From an uncultured delta proteobacterium (GTDB lineage Bacteria > Desulfobacterota > RBG-13-43-22): a stretch of 64,000 nucleotides of DNA. The stretch is taken from contig CAVUPH010000019.1 in assembly GCA_963743305.1 (NCBI GenBank), positions 1-64,000 on the forward strand, given 5' to 3'. A program made the translations under genes and the position numbers. Shown here piece by piece: positions 10,155 to 19,331 of this stretch (position 1 is the stretch's first letter; each line of letters opens with the position of its first letter). The notes under the pieces are model-generated. The model worked only from the letters and a program-made list of their open reading frames with translations. It made no database searches and had not been told where the DNA came from.

Positions 10155-12749
10155 ATGCTTAAAAAAATTAATTGGTCCCGCCTCTGGAAAGCAAGGGGAA
10201 AAGCCCCTTCCCGGGAATACCTGTCCACGTTTTTTCGATTCAAATATTCCTCCTTCCGGATGTTGCTGGAGTCGAACACGGAGTTTCTGAAAATCCTGGC
10301 CGATCTAGAGGTCAAACTCCAGGGGGAGCAGATTTTCGGCATGTCTTTCGTCCAGAGCCAGTCGACCCGGGCGATTTTTCACACCCTGCGGATGGTCAAA
10401 AACCTGGATGACCTCTCCCGGCACCACTATCCCGCCTTATTTGGAGTGGTGGATAATATCAATGCCCAGATCAAGGCCGTGGTGGGGGCCCGGAAGGAAC
10501 TCCCGGAGGGGCAATTTATCCTGCCCTACTCAGAGATCAACGCCGAAATGGTGGACTGGGTGGGCGGCAAGAATGCCCATTTGGGGGAGATGGTCAGCCG
10601 GCTGGGCCTTCCGGTTCCCCAGGGTTTCGCGATCAGTACCCAGGCCTTTCAGGCCTTTTTCCAGCAAAATGATCTCTTCGATGAAATCAATCGAAAAAAG
10701 ATGGAAATTGACCCTGTCCAATCGGAAACGATTACCCGGGCCAGTGAGGAAATCCAGGGATTGATCCTCAAGACTCCGCTCCCCCCGGCGTTGGAAGACG
10801 CCCTTTATCAGGCCTACGACGGCCTGATCCTGAAGTTAGCCGGCACCCGTCCTGAGGGGGATCCGGTGCGGGTAGCCTTGCGGAGCAGCGCTATTGGCGA
10901 AGACAGCGAACTTTCCTTCGCCGGCCAATACCTCTCCATCCTGAATGTCAACCGGGAGCAACTGATCCAGAGCTATACGCTGGTCGTCGCCAGCCTGTAC
11001 ACCCCACGGGCCATCTCCTACCGCTTGAATAAGGGGATCCGCGATGAGGATATTGCCATGAGCGTGGCCTGCCTGGAACTGATCGACTCGGTGGCCAGCG
11101 GGGTCATGTATTCGCGTCACCCCTTTAAGCCCTGGGATAAGGATATATTGATCAACGCGGTCTGGGGATTGGGACCTTATGCCGTGGACGGCGTAGTCAC
11201 TCCGGACACTTACCGGGTTTCTCCAAACGACCGCTTCCATATTCTGGCTTCGGCCGTATCCTCCAAGACCGTACAACTGATCCGGAATCCCGAGGGAGGC
11301 TTAATGGAGGTACCGGTGGAAGAGGAACGGATTCACGGCCCTTGCCTCTCTTCCGATCAGATCAGCACCTTAGCCGGGTACGCGCAACGCCTGGAAGGGC
11401 ATTATCACCTTCCTCAGGACATCGAGTGGGCCTTGGACTCGGCGGGTCGCCTGCTGCTTTTGCAGTCTCGGCCCCTGCTGGTAAAGCCCTCTTCGGCGGC
11501 GGGACCTCGAGACTTTTCCGGCAGGTCGGACCTGGCGGTACTCCTCGAAGAAGGCGTGGTGGCCTCGCCCGGGGTCGGGTCCGGGCCGGCTTTTTTGATC
11601 CACTCCGAGGAAGATCTCCTCGACTTTCCAGAAGGGGCCGTTCTAGTGGCCAAACACTCCTCCCCAAAATTTGTCCTGGTCATGAAAAAGGCCGCCGCCC
11701 TCATTACCGAAAGGGGAAGCCTTAGCGGCCATATGGCCTCACTGGCCCGGGAATTTGAGGTTCCCGCCATTTTGGGCGCCCGGGAAGCCATGAAGGTGAT
11801 CACCCCCGGTCTGGAAATTACCGTGGATGCCTTCGAGGGCCGGGTCTACCGGGGCCGAGTCCCGGAATTGGTGTCCCTCGTCAAGAGGGAGGATTCCCGG
11901 GTCAAAGATTCGCCGGTCTACCGGGCCTTGAGGCAGGCAGCCGACTGGATCGTTCCTCTGAATCTGGTTGATCCCAAGGCGCCGAATTTTTCCCCGGAGG
12001 GCTGCCGGACCCTGCATGATGTCTGCCGGCTGGTGCATGAGTTTTCCTACCGGGAGATGTTTCTCCTCGGTGACCTGGTCTCCGACAGTCCGGGGGTGTC
12101 CTTCAAGTTGGAGGCTTCCATTCCTTTGGATCTTTATGTGATCAACCTGGAAGGGGGGTTTGCGGAGCTTCCGGAAAATGCGCGCAAAGTCACGGTAGAT
12201 CAGATCGTCTCCGTGCCTTTTCGGGCCTTGCTCCGGGGCATGACCCGGGAAGAATTTAAGAGGCCCCAGGTGCGGCCCGTGGAATTCAAGGGTTTCTTTT
12301 CGGTGATGAGCGAGCAGATGCTGACCAATCCCCAGGCCTCCGACCGTTTCGGGGATCGAAGCTTCGCCATCATCTCGGATAAATACCTGAATTTCAGTTC
12401 CCGGGTCGGCTACCACTACAGCGTCCTGGATGCCTACTGCGGCCAGACCGTCAACAAGAATTATATCACCTTCTCTTTTAAGGGCGGGGCGGCGGACGAC
12501 ATCCGGAAGAACCGGCGGGTCAGGGCCATTGCTCAGATTCTTAAGGAATTGGATTTCACGGTGGAAGTTCAAGGGGATCGGGTGGACGCCCGTTTTCAAA
12601 AATATGAAGGCGCCGTCATTGAGGAAAAATTGGACCTGGTGGGGCGGCTGTTGATCTTCACCCGCCAGATGGATATGCTGATGAACAGCGAAAGCAGCGT
12701 GGAGGGGGTGGCCAAAAATTTTCTGGCGGGGAATTACCGGTACGAGTGA
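10155..12749 (+). CDS. PEP-synthase/pyruvate,water dikinase-like protein 2
   Basis: VGGKNAHLGE, LRSSAIGED, SFAGQY, QDIEW, QSRP; swivel GSLSGHMASLAREF; same C-terminal domain as paralog 1. Confidence 0.88.
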   Translation: MLKKINWSRLWKARGKAPSREYLSTFFRFKYSSFRMLLESNTEFLKILADLEVKLQGEQIFGMSFVQSQSTRAIFHTLRMVKNLDDLSRHHYPALFGVVDNINAQIKAVVGARKELPEGQFILPYSEINAEMVDWVGGKNAHLGEMVSRLGLPVPQGFAISTQAFQAFFQQNDLFDEINRKKMEIDPVQSETITRASEEIQGLILKTPLPPALEDALYQAYDGLILKLAGTRPEGDPVRVALRSSAIGEDSELSFAGQYLSILNVNREQLIQSYTLVVASLYTPRAISYRLNKGIRDEDIAMSVACLELIDSVASGVMYSRHPFKPWDKDILINAVWGLGPYAVDGVVTPDTYRVSPNDRFHILASAVSSKTVQLIRNPEGGLMEVPVEEERIHGPCLSSDQISTLAGYAQRLEGHYHLPQDIEWALDSAGRLLLLQSRPLLVKPSSAAGPRDFSGRSDLAVLLEEGVVASPGVGSGPAFLIHSEEDLLDFPEGAVLVAKHSSPKFVLVMKKAAALITERGSLSGHMASLAREFEVPAILGAREAMKVITPGLEITVDAFEGRVYRGRVPELVSLVKREDSRVKDSPVYRALRQAADWIVPLNLVDPKAPNFSPEGCRTLHDVCRLVHEFSYREMFLLGDLVSDSPGVSFKLEASIPLDLYVINLEGGFAELPENARKVTVDQIVSVPFRALLRGMTREEFKRPQVRPVEFKGFFSVMSEQMLTNPQASDRFGDRSFAIISDKYLNFSSRVGYHYSVLDAYCGQTVNKNYITFSFKGGAADDIRKNRRVRAIAQILKELDFTVEVQGDRVDARFQKYEGAVIEEKLDLVGRLLIFTRQMDMLMNSESSVEGVAKNFLAGNYRYE

Positions 12750-12790
12750 AGTTCGAAACCCGATAAACGGGCTTCGGCTCAAAAAGGGGA

Positions 12791-12812
12791 GGGCGACCTC
12801 GGTCGCCCCTAC
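12791..12812 (-). repeat. GTAG-type REP-like palindrome
   Basis: Minus strand GTAG-GGGCGACC-GA-GGTCGCCC, between convergent genes. Confidence 0.55.
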
Positions 12813-12823
12813 GGATATCCCCC

Positions 12824-13312
12824 TCATTCCGGCGGCGTGGGAGCCGCCTCCGCTGGGCAGGATTCCCACTTAATCCAGTTTCCGCAGCAGAGCGGGTTCC
12901 CACACCCGCGATTCTTCCGGCTCTTGAAAAAGGGGGCGGATTTCAGATCTGCCCTGTTTAAAGAGAAGGCGTGGGTTAAGCATGGCTGCAGGTCTACCAG
13001 GCGCCGGATCTCGGCTTGGCGAATCCGGTCATCCCGCCCGTCCTTGATCTCGTAAGCCCCGTTGATCTTTTCCACCAAGACCTCGATCTGGGAATTTATT
13101 TTTTTTATTTCACGCAAAGTCTCGATACCGTCCATTTCAGGCATCATCACATCCAGCACCACGACATCAAAGGGTTGATGCTCAATCCGTTCCAACGCCC
13201 TGGCCCCGTTTTCCGCCCCTTGGGTCAAAAAATTTCTTTTCTCGAGGCGTTTCACCAAGGTCTCCAAAAAATCATGTTCGTCGTCTACAATCAACACTTT
13301 GATATCGCTCAT
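12824..13312 (-). pseudogene. Response regulator receiver with in-frame internal deletion
   Basis: Aligns to 9724..10113 up to INSQIEV, then jumps to LVEKINGAYE, lacking ~33 aa including the conserved T and KP. Confidence 0.7.
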
Positions 13313-13540
13313 CTTAACCTCGATCATGTTGCGAAGGACCCACGGGAAATCAACGGTGATGAATCAAGGAAAACTCCCCCATTTCGAACAAATAGCATAA
13401 AAAATTCGAAAAGTCAGTTGAGAAACAAACGTGAATGGGGTGAACGGGAATCGGAGTGCCCGCCGGGGGGCAAGGGGGGTTTAGTACGATAAAAGAACTT
13501 GGCGCCACTGACCTTTATTAACAGTTAATGATGACGACTT

Positions 13541-13668
13541 CGCAAAAAGCCCAAAGCCCTGTCATTGCGAGCGAAGCGAAGCAATCCCCACCATGGTAAC
13601 TAGCTGATTCTTGGGGATTGCTTCGTCGCTTCACTCCTCGCAATGACAGCGCTGGGGACTTTTTGCGA
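13541..13668. repeat. Long palindromic repeat (GTCATTGCGAG...GCAATC/GATTGC...CTCGCAATGAC family) with outer CGCAAAAAG/CTTTTTGCG arms
   Basis: Nested inverted repeats read directly; relatives at 20251-20340 and 39936-39995. Confidence 0.85.
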
Positions 13669-13683
13669 TCATATCAATGCGGT

Positions 13684-14421
13684 TTAATATAGGGGCAGGG
13701 CCACGCTTAAGAAACGGTCGCTGCCGATTTCCTTGAATTGCAGCCGCAGTTCTTTTCCCGAAGACGCTTCCCCAGGGAAAAAGATGAAGCCATGGACGAC
13801 CTCCAGGGGCCGGATGGGTCTATTTTCCAGGGACTTGGTCCTTAAATCGTCGGCGATTTCCCGGTAGACCGGATGATCCCCGATGGCCTGAGCCCCTCCG
13901 ACGGTGGCCCCGGCCGCCGCCCCAATCGCTGCACCGCCCAGGGCATAATTCCCCACATGGCGTCCGGCAACGATCCCGATGGCGGCCCCGATCAAAGCCC
14001 CGGCGGCGCCGGCCAAAAATCCGGAAGCCGCCGCACTGCTGCCGATGGCCGCCGGTTGGGCACTTCGGGCCACCCGGTCATAGGCCAGGCGTTTATCCAA
14101 AACCGGCCAGAAATTGTTCTGCAGGTCCACCAGAAAGGTTTGGGAGGGATTGATCTCCAAGGGGTAGTTCCCCTTATTGTCGATGACCACCTGGACCGGC
14201 ATCAGTCCGGCCCCCCGGACGTCAAACCCGAAGACCGCCTGGGCCTCATTGGGTTCCGGGTAGGCTTTGGCCCCGATTTCCAAACCGGCCATTTTAACCA
14301 TATTGGGATAGGCGGCCGGCATCTTGAAAGGGACCACCTGCTGGGAATAGGGGCTGCAACCCCAAATATTCAGCCCAAAGGCTATGAGAATAACCACGAT
14401 CAATAGGGTTCGCCGGCGCAT
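13684..14421 (-). CDS. Lipoprotein with glycine-zipper region
   Basis: MRRRTLLIVVILIAFGLNIWGC lipobox-like signal; GAAGALIGAAIG...GGAAIGAAAGATVGG. Confidence 0.75.
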   Translation of the reverse strand: MRRRTLLIVVILIAFGLNIWGCSPYSQQVVPFKMPAAYPNMVKMAGLEIGAKAYPEPNEAQAVFGFDVRGAGLMPVQVVIDNKGNYPLEINPSQTFLVDLQNNFWPVLDKRLAYDRVARSAQPAAIGSSAAASGFLAGAAGALIGAAIGIVAGRHVGNYALGGAAIGAAAGATVGGAQAIGDHPVYREIADDLRTKSLENRPIRPLEVVHGFIFFPGEASSGKELRLQFKEIGSDRFLSVALPLY

Positions 14422-14722
14422 GGGATTTCCTCTTTCTGGATGCAAATTTTGGTTCTTCGTCCTTCGGGAGGGCGACTGGACTAGGGATTCGTTCACTCCG
14501 TAACCTGGCTCCGTCGCCGCCTGGGTCACGAGGAAAGGCTTTTCCCTCGTACTTTCTTTTTGGACCCGGTTTGGTCGCCAAAGGTTAAAACATTATAACG
14601 GGTTTGGAGATTAAATGCCAGTCTGAACGGAAACCGGAGAAACGAACTAACTAAACGAACAAAGGGATGGAAAGCAAAACCGGCGGGCAGGGATTTCGGA
14701 AGGAAATTAAAAGGAAATTAAT

Positions 14723-14799
14723 TGGTCGGGACGACTGGATTTGAACCAGCGACCCCAGCGTCCCGAACGCTGTGCTCTACCAGACTGAGCCACGTCCCG
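14723..14799 (-). tRNA. tRNA-Pro (anticodon CGG)
   Basis: Reverse complement CGGGACGTGGCTCAGTCTGGTAGAGCA-CAGCG-TTCGGGA-CGCTG-GGGTCGCTGGTTCAAATCCAGTCGTCCCGACCA; full cloverleaf with encoded CCA. Confidence 0.97.
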
Positions 14800-14815
14800 A
14801 CCTTAACTAAATAGA

Positions 14816-15388
14816 CTACACCAAATCCTTTCCCCTGTAAAGTACTTCCACGAAATTTTTTAAAATCCGGGCCGTGGCCCCCCAGATGAAATCCCCCTGG
14901 TATTCGACATAGTAATTCAGAAAGGTACGCCCCCCCCAGGTAAAGGGGCCTTCTTTGAATTTGTTGGGATCCAGCAGGATTTCCAATGGCAGCTCAATCA
15001 GCCGGTCTACCTCAAAGGGGCTGAGTTGAAAGGGATAGGGATAGGGGATCAGACCCACATAGGGGCAGATCTTGAATTGGGTGATGGTTACCGTATGGTC
15101 CAATTCGCCCAGGATTTCCACGGCGTCCATGGCCAACCCGATCTCTTCCTCGGTTTCCCGAAGGGCGGTGGTTAGACAATCCAGATCCTCGTAGTTGAAC
15201 GCCCCGCCGGGAAAAGAAATCTGGCCTTTATGCTGGTCCACTTTTTCCGTCCGTTTGGTGAGCAGGATATGGGTGCGACGATTTTTCTGGAACAAAGGCA
15301 CCAGGACGGCCGCCGGAGTGAGATCCGGACGATCTTCGATTTTTCGGCCCCGGCCCTGGAATGTTTTTCGCAGTGCTTCTTTTTCCAT
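14816..15388 (-). CDS. CoA pyrophosphatase, Nudix family (NudL-like)
   Basis: AAVLVPL, HKGQISFPGG, ALRETEEEIG Nudix box, IWGATARIL. Confidence 0.92.
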   Translation of the reverse strand: MEKEALRKTFQGRGRKIEDRPDLTPAAVLVPLFQKNRRTHILLTKRTEKVDQHKGQISFPGGAFNYEDLDCLTTALRETEEEIGLAMDAVEILGELDHTVTITQFKICPYVGLIPYPYPFQLSPFEVDRLIELPLEILLDPNKFKEGPFTWGGRTFLNYYVEYQGDFIWGATARILKNFVEVLYRGKDLV

Positions 15389-15390
15389 GG

Positions 15391-16158
15391 TTAGGCCAGG
15401 GTTCCGTATTTCGCCATATAATCGTCAAAATCTTTTTTCAGGGACGGAGAGATAGGTTGCCGTTCCCCTTCGATGAATACCGGGATCTGCTCCGTGTAAA
15501 GGTAGTGCATCACCTCGGAAATGGGTGCTAACGAGAATACGGGAACGCCGGTTTTTTCGGTAAATTTTTTTATGGCGTCGGCGCCCTTTTTTTCCAAAAT
15601 AATTTTTCCGGACTCGTCATAACAGGCGGTGGTCTGCTGGCGGTCAACCCCCAGGCAGAGGCCTACGATGCGCAGGGAGATATTTTTACTGACCGTCTCC
15701 TGATCAATCTTTTCCAGCAAGTCATATTTGGTGGCCATGGAAGTCCCCACATCATCGACGATCCATAAACCGCAACCGTCCGAGAAGGTATTGTTGACCA
15801 TCCTGTTTTTTTGTCCGGAGGCCTCGCCGTAGGCTTTGACCTCTTTCCGGTCATATTCGAAAGACCGGTCCAGGCGATGCTCCAGCCAGAGATTGATGGC
15901 TGTGGCCTGAGCGATGGCGCTGCCCTTGTAGGAGGGGCCCAAAATAATGTCCACCTCCGGCAGTCGGCTCGATTCGACCAGAAAACGGGCAAAAAAAGAA
16001 CCCAACTGGTAACTTAACTTGCCTGTGGAAAATTTCCCCAGGTTGACGAAATAGGGACTGGGTCGGCCGTCCTTGAGGACCAGCCCCTGCCGAAAAAAGA
16101 GGCTCCCGGTCTCGACTAAAAAGCGGGCAAATTCTTGTTGAAAGGGTTTCAAGGCCAT
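15391..16158 (-). CDS. pyrE: Orotate phosphoribosyltransferase
   Basis: LKDGRPSPYFVN, GPSYKG, DRKEVKAYGE, IVDDVGTS PRPP-binding motif. Confidence 0.8.
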   Translation of the reverse strand: MALKPFQQEFARFLVETGSLFFRQGLVLKDGRPSPYFVNLGKFSTGKLSYQLGSFFARFLVESSRLPEVDIILGPSYKGSAIAQATAINLWLEHRLDRSFEYDRKEVKAYGEASGQKNRMVNNTFSDGCGLWIVDDVGTSMATKYDLLEKIDQETVSKNISLRIVGLCLGVDRQQTTACYDESGKIILEKKGADAIKKFTEKTGVPVFSLAPISEVMHYLYTEQIPVFIEGERQPISPSLKKDFDDYMAKYGTLA

Positions 16159-16161
16159 GAG

Positions 16162-17199
16162 TTAAAACCTCCCGGTGATTTGTAGATAAAAACCGACCCG
16201 TTCGGATTTCGCTTCATCCAGTCGGGAGACGATCGTGGTGCCATCGGAAATATAAGCGACGTTGGTGCCATTCTCGGCCTGAAAGAAATAATAACGAGCC
16301 CCGCCCTCAAGTTCCAGATGAACCCCGGGTCGGTATACCAGTGCCAAAAGAGCCTCTCCGCCACCCCACCCGGTGGTTTCGGCCCGATGGGCGAAACTGG
16401 GGTTCTGATTAAGGTCCGCCCTTAGGTTCCAGCGTCCTTCCCCCCGATAGCGGGTGTAAGGAAAGAGGGCGCAAGAGGCTTTGAGGCCCACCTGTTGAAG
16501 CCCGGGTCGGGGGGTCCGGATAAAGTCGACCCCGCCGGAGAGTCCCAGGCGCAGGGCCTCCCAGTTGAACTCATAGCGGGAGTCCAGTCCCAGGATAGGC
16601 TGATCGGCGGGGACTCCCCTCAGGGTGGTCCAGCGTCCGTTCGTCAATTTCATTTTTTCCCGGTATTGCTGCCAGCCGGCAAAAGGTTTCAGGTGCCATA
16701 AGGTTCCGGAGGCGGAGGAGACGGTGGTCTGAAGGTCGGCGGACCAGAAGGTCGTGTCACTGGAAACGTCCATGCGGGCGTCATAGGTTAACCCGCCGGA
16801 AAGATAATCGGAATCCCGGCCGCTGCCTTTGCTCCCGCTTCCTGAGCCGACGATGACCGTTAACCCCACAAGCGATTGGGGATGCGAAAGGACCAGGGAG
16901 GCATAGGGCAGTACGCTGTCCAGATCCTGGAAATCGAGCGCTGACCGACCGGGTCCCTGGGTGCTGGGGAAGCTGATTTGCCAGGAACTCCAGCCTCTTG
17001 AAAAATAGGCCCCTAATCCAATCTCCAGCACCGGGGAGGGTCTGCCCCAGATGAAGGGAGGCGATTCTCTCGATGGGACCGCCGATCCCTGGTCCTGGGC
17101 GAAGACCGTACAGGCCATGGCCAGAATCACTAGAAGGCTGAGGCCTCTGGTACCCCATGAATCCAAGCGGCTTTTCTTGACTTTTGTTAATGGTCCCAT
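16162..17199 (-). CDS. Outer-membrane beta-barrel protein (omptin-like)
   Basis: Signal peptide, alternating beta-strand pattern, GRDSDY motif, C-terminal YLQITGRF. Confidence 0.6.
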   Translation of the reverse strand: MGPLTKVKKSRLDSWGTRGLSLLVILAMACTVFAQDQGSAVPSRESPPFIWGRPSPVLEIGLGAYFSRGWSSWQISFPSTQGPGRSALDFQDLDSVLPYASLVLSHPQSLVGLTVIVGSGSGSKGSGRDSDYLSGGLTYDARMDVSSDTTFWSADLQTTVSSASGTLWHLKPFAGWQQYREKMKLTNGRWTTLRGVPADQPILGLDSRYEFNWEALRLGLSGGVDFIRTPRPGLQQVGLKASCALFPYTRYRGEGRWNLRADLNQNPSFAHRAETTGWGGGEALLALVYRPGVHLELEGGARYYFFQAENGTNVAYISDGTTIVSRLDEAKSERVGFYLQITGRF

Positions 17200-17242
17200 A
17201 TAATCAAATTTTTAGAAAATTCGTCCGTTAGGGGGGGAATCC

Positions 17243-18406
17243 GTGCAATTGGGTTTGGAGGTCTTTCTGAACAAGCCACCCCAAGGGCTGTTGAATAAAC
17301 GCTGGGGCCTGCTCTCCAACCAGGCTTCCATCAACAGGTCCGGCTACTATAGCAAAGATCTCCTCCGGGGTAAATTTGAAAACAACTTGACCTGCCTTTT
17401 TTCCCCGCAGCATGGGTTCTGGGGGACGGAGCAGGACAACATGGTCGAAACCCCGGATGCCTGTGATTCAGCCACGGGTCTGCCCATCTTCAGCTTATAC
17501 AGCCGCACCCGCCGGCCTACCGCTGAAATGTTATCTGGGATTGACCTCTTGCTGGTGGATCTCCAGGATGTCGGCACTCGGGTTTATACCTTCATCACCA
17601 CCCTGGCCTATGTGCTTCAGGAGGCCAAAAAGTTCGGGATAAAAGTAGTGGTGCTGGATCGGCCCAACCCGTTGGGGGGGGGAACGGTGGAAGGCAACGT
17701 GCTGCAAGCGGGCCTGACCTCATTCGTGGGAGTCTGGAAACTTCCTATGCGCCATGGCCTGACCCTGGGGGAACTGGCCGGGCTTTTCAATCAGGTCCTG
17801 GGGATCGGGGCCGATTTGTCCGTGGCGGCCATGACGGGTTGGACCAGGGATATATTTTTCGATCAAACTGCCCGGTTCTGGGTTCCCCCTTCACCCAATA
17901 TGCCGTCTCTGGAAACGGCCGTAGTGTATCCCGGACAGGTATTATGGGAAGGAACCAATATTTCCGAAGGCCGGGGGACCACCCGGCCATTTGAATATTT
18001 TGGCGCCCCTTTTATCGACCCCTCCCGGGTAACAAAACGTCTGAATGAATTTTCGATTCCCGGGGTGAACTTATTGGAGACCGCTTTTCGTCCGACCTTT
18101 CAGAAGTGGCAAGGGGAAGTGTGCCGCGGGTTTTTTCTTCAGGTTTATGACCGTCGGGTTTTTCAGCCTTACCGCACCGCATTGATTCTCCTTCAAACGG
18201 TCCGAGAGCTGTACCCCGAGGAATTCAAATGGAAAGAACCCCCCTATGAATACGAGACCGAACGAAGGCCCATAGACCTGTTAATCGGGGATCAGTCTCT
18301 CCGCCTGGCGCTGGAAGCCGGGACCGAAATCGATACTTTGGAAGCCTCCTGGCAGGACGGTCTGGAGGAATTCAGGAGAGTCCGAGAGGCTTTCATATTG
18401 TATTAA
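17243..18406 (+). CDS. DUF1343 family exo-beta-N-acetylmuramidase (NamZ-like)
   Basis: LFSPQHGFWG, DLQDVGTRVYTF, LDRPNP, PMRHGLTLGELA, PPSPNMP, SEGRGTTRPFE. Confidence 0.92.
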   Translation: MQLGLEVFLNKPPQGLLNKRWGLLSNQASINRSGYYSKDLLRGKFENNLTCLFSPQHGFWGTEQDNMVETPDACDSATGLPIFSLYSRTRRPTAEMLSGIDLLLVDLQDVGTRVYTFITTLAYVLQEAKKFGIKVVVLDRPNPLGGGTVEGNVLQAGLTSFVGVWKLPMRHGLTLGELAGLFNQVLGIGADLSVAAMTGWTRDIFFDQTARFWVPPSPNMPSLETAVVYPGQVLWEGTNISEGRGTTRPFEYFGAPFIDPSRVTKRLNEFSIPGVNLLETAFRPTFQKWQGEVCRGFFLQVYDRRVFQPYRTALILLQTVRELYPEEFKWKEPPYEYETERRPIDLLIGDQSLRLALEAGTEIDTLEASWQDGLEEFRRVREAFILY

Positions 18407-18458
18407 CCCTCCATGTCCGGGCGGGCACCCAAGAAGCATGAAAATATGGACCGGCCAA

Positions 18459-18555
18459 GGTTCGTCATTTCGGACAAGCGAAGCGCGATCCGGAATCCAG
18501 CCTCGGATAAGCTCTGGAGGTCCTGGATACCGGATCAAGTCCGGTATGACGAACC
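18459..18555. repeat. Palindromic repeat (GTCATT(T/C)CGG...CCGGAATCCAG/CTGGAT..CGGATCAAGTCCGG.ATGAC family)
   Basis: Near-identical arms at 52502-52589. Confidence 0.85.
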
Positions 18556-18605
18556 CAGGGAAAAGGACTAAAAGCCGTGTTCGATTTTATTTACATACTA
18601 AAATA

Positions 18606-19220
18606 ATGAAACGCTCCCACCTTGTTTTCAACCTGACGCGGGCCATCTCCAGCCTGATTCTCGCTTCCCGATTCAAGGTGCAGATCGAGGGCCTGGCCCA
18701 TTTGCCGGAAAAAGGGCCGGCCTTTTTGATTCCTAAGCATCAGCAATGGTGGGATGTCCCCCTGCTTGGCCAGGTGGTCCCCCGCCCTCTGTATTTCTTT
18801 GCCAAACAGGAGTTGTTTCGCTCCGCCCCGGGTCGCTATTTCATCAGCCGGCTGGGCGGGATCCCGGTGGATCGAGTGTCTCCGATTAGAAGCCTGGCCA
18901 CATTCCGGGAAATAGGCTCCCTGTTGCGGCAGGAAGCGTTTTTGGTGTTGTTTCCCGAAGGGACCTATTATCCCGGGGCGATGGGGCCGGGGAAATGGCG
19001 ACTGGTGCAGGTGATTCTGAGGCTGCAAAATAAACAAGCCTTGAGACCCGTTCCGTTTTTACCGGTGGGCATCGATTACGAGCGACTATCCGGGAGCGGC
19101 AGAATCCGGGTTACACTGCGGATCGGTGAACCGCTCCAGGAACCGGACCCCTGCCGGGCCGAGGGGTTCACGGGACATCTTTTGTCCCGGGTCAAGGACC
19201 TGTCCGGCCTGCCAGCTTAA
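18606..19220 (+). CDS. Lysophospholipid acyltransferase (PlsC-like)
   Basis: KHQQWWD (HX4D), FFAKQELF, GGIPVDR, LFPEGT. The ORF extension upstream is repeat DNA. Confidence 0.88.
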   Translation: MKRSHLVFNLTRAISSLILASRFKVQIEGLAHLPEKGPAFLIPKHQQWWDVPLLGQVVPRPLYFFAKQELFRSAPGRYFISRLGGIPVDRVSPIRSLATFREIGSLLRQEAFLVLFPEGTYYPGAMGPGKWRLVQVILRLQNKQALRPVPFLPVGIDYERLSGSGRIRVTLRIGEPLQEPDPCRAEGFTGHLLSRVKDLSGLPA

Positions 19221-19331
19221 CCCGAACGAGACGGAAGTCACCTTCCACCTTGACGCCCTCCCGTAGAGATAGAGTATAATTGGTTGATAAGGCTGACGAA
19301 CTGCGCTAAAAGAAAAGGAGGAGATCTCTTT

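Noticed and set aside
14723-14799. tRNA-Pro as island integration site
   Set aside because: No duplicated tRNA 3' end or integrase noticed in the window.
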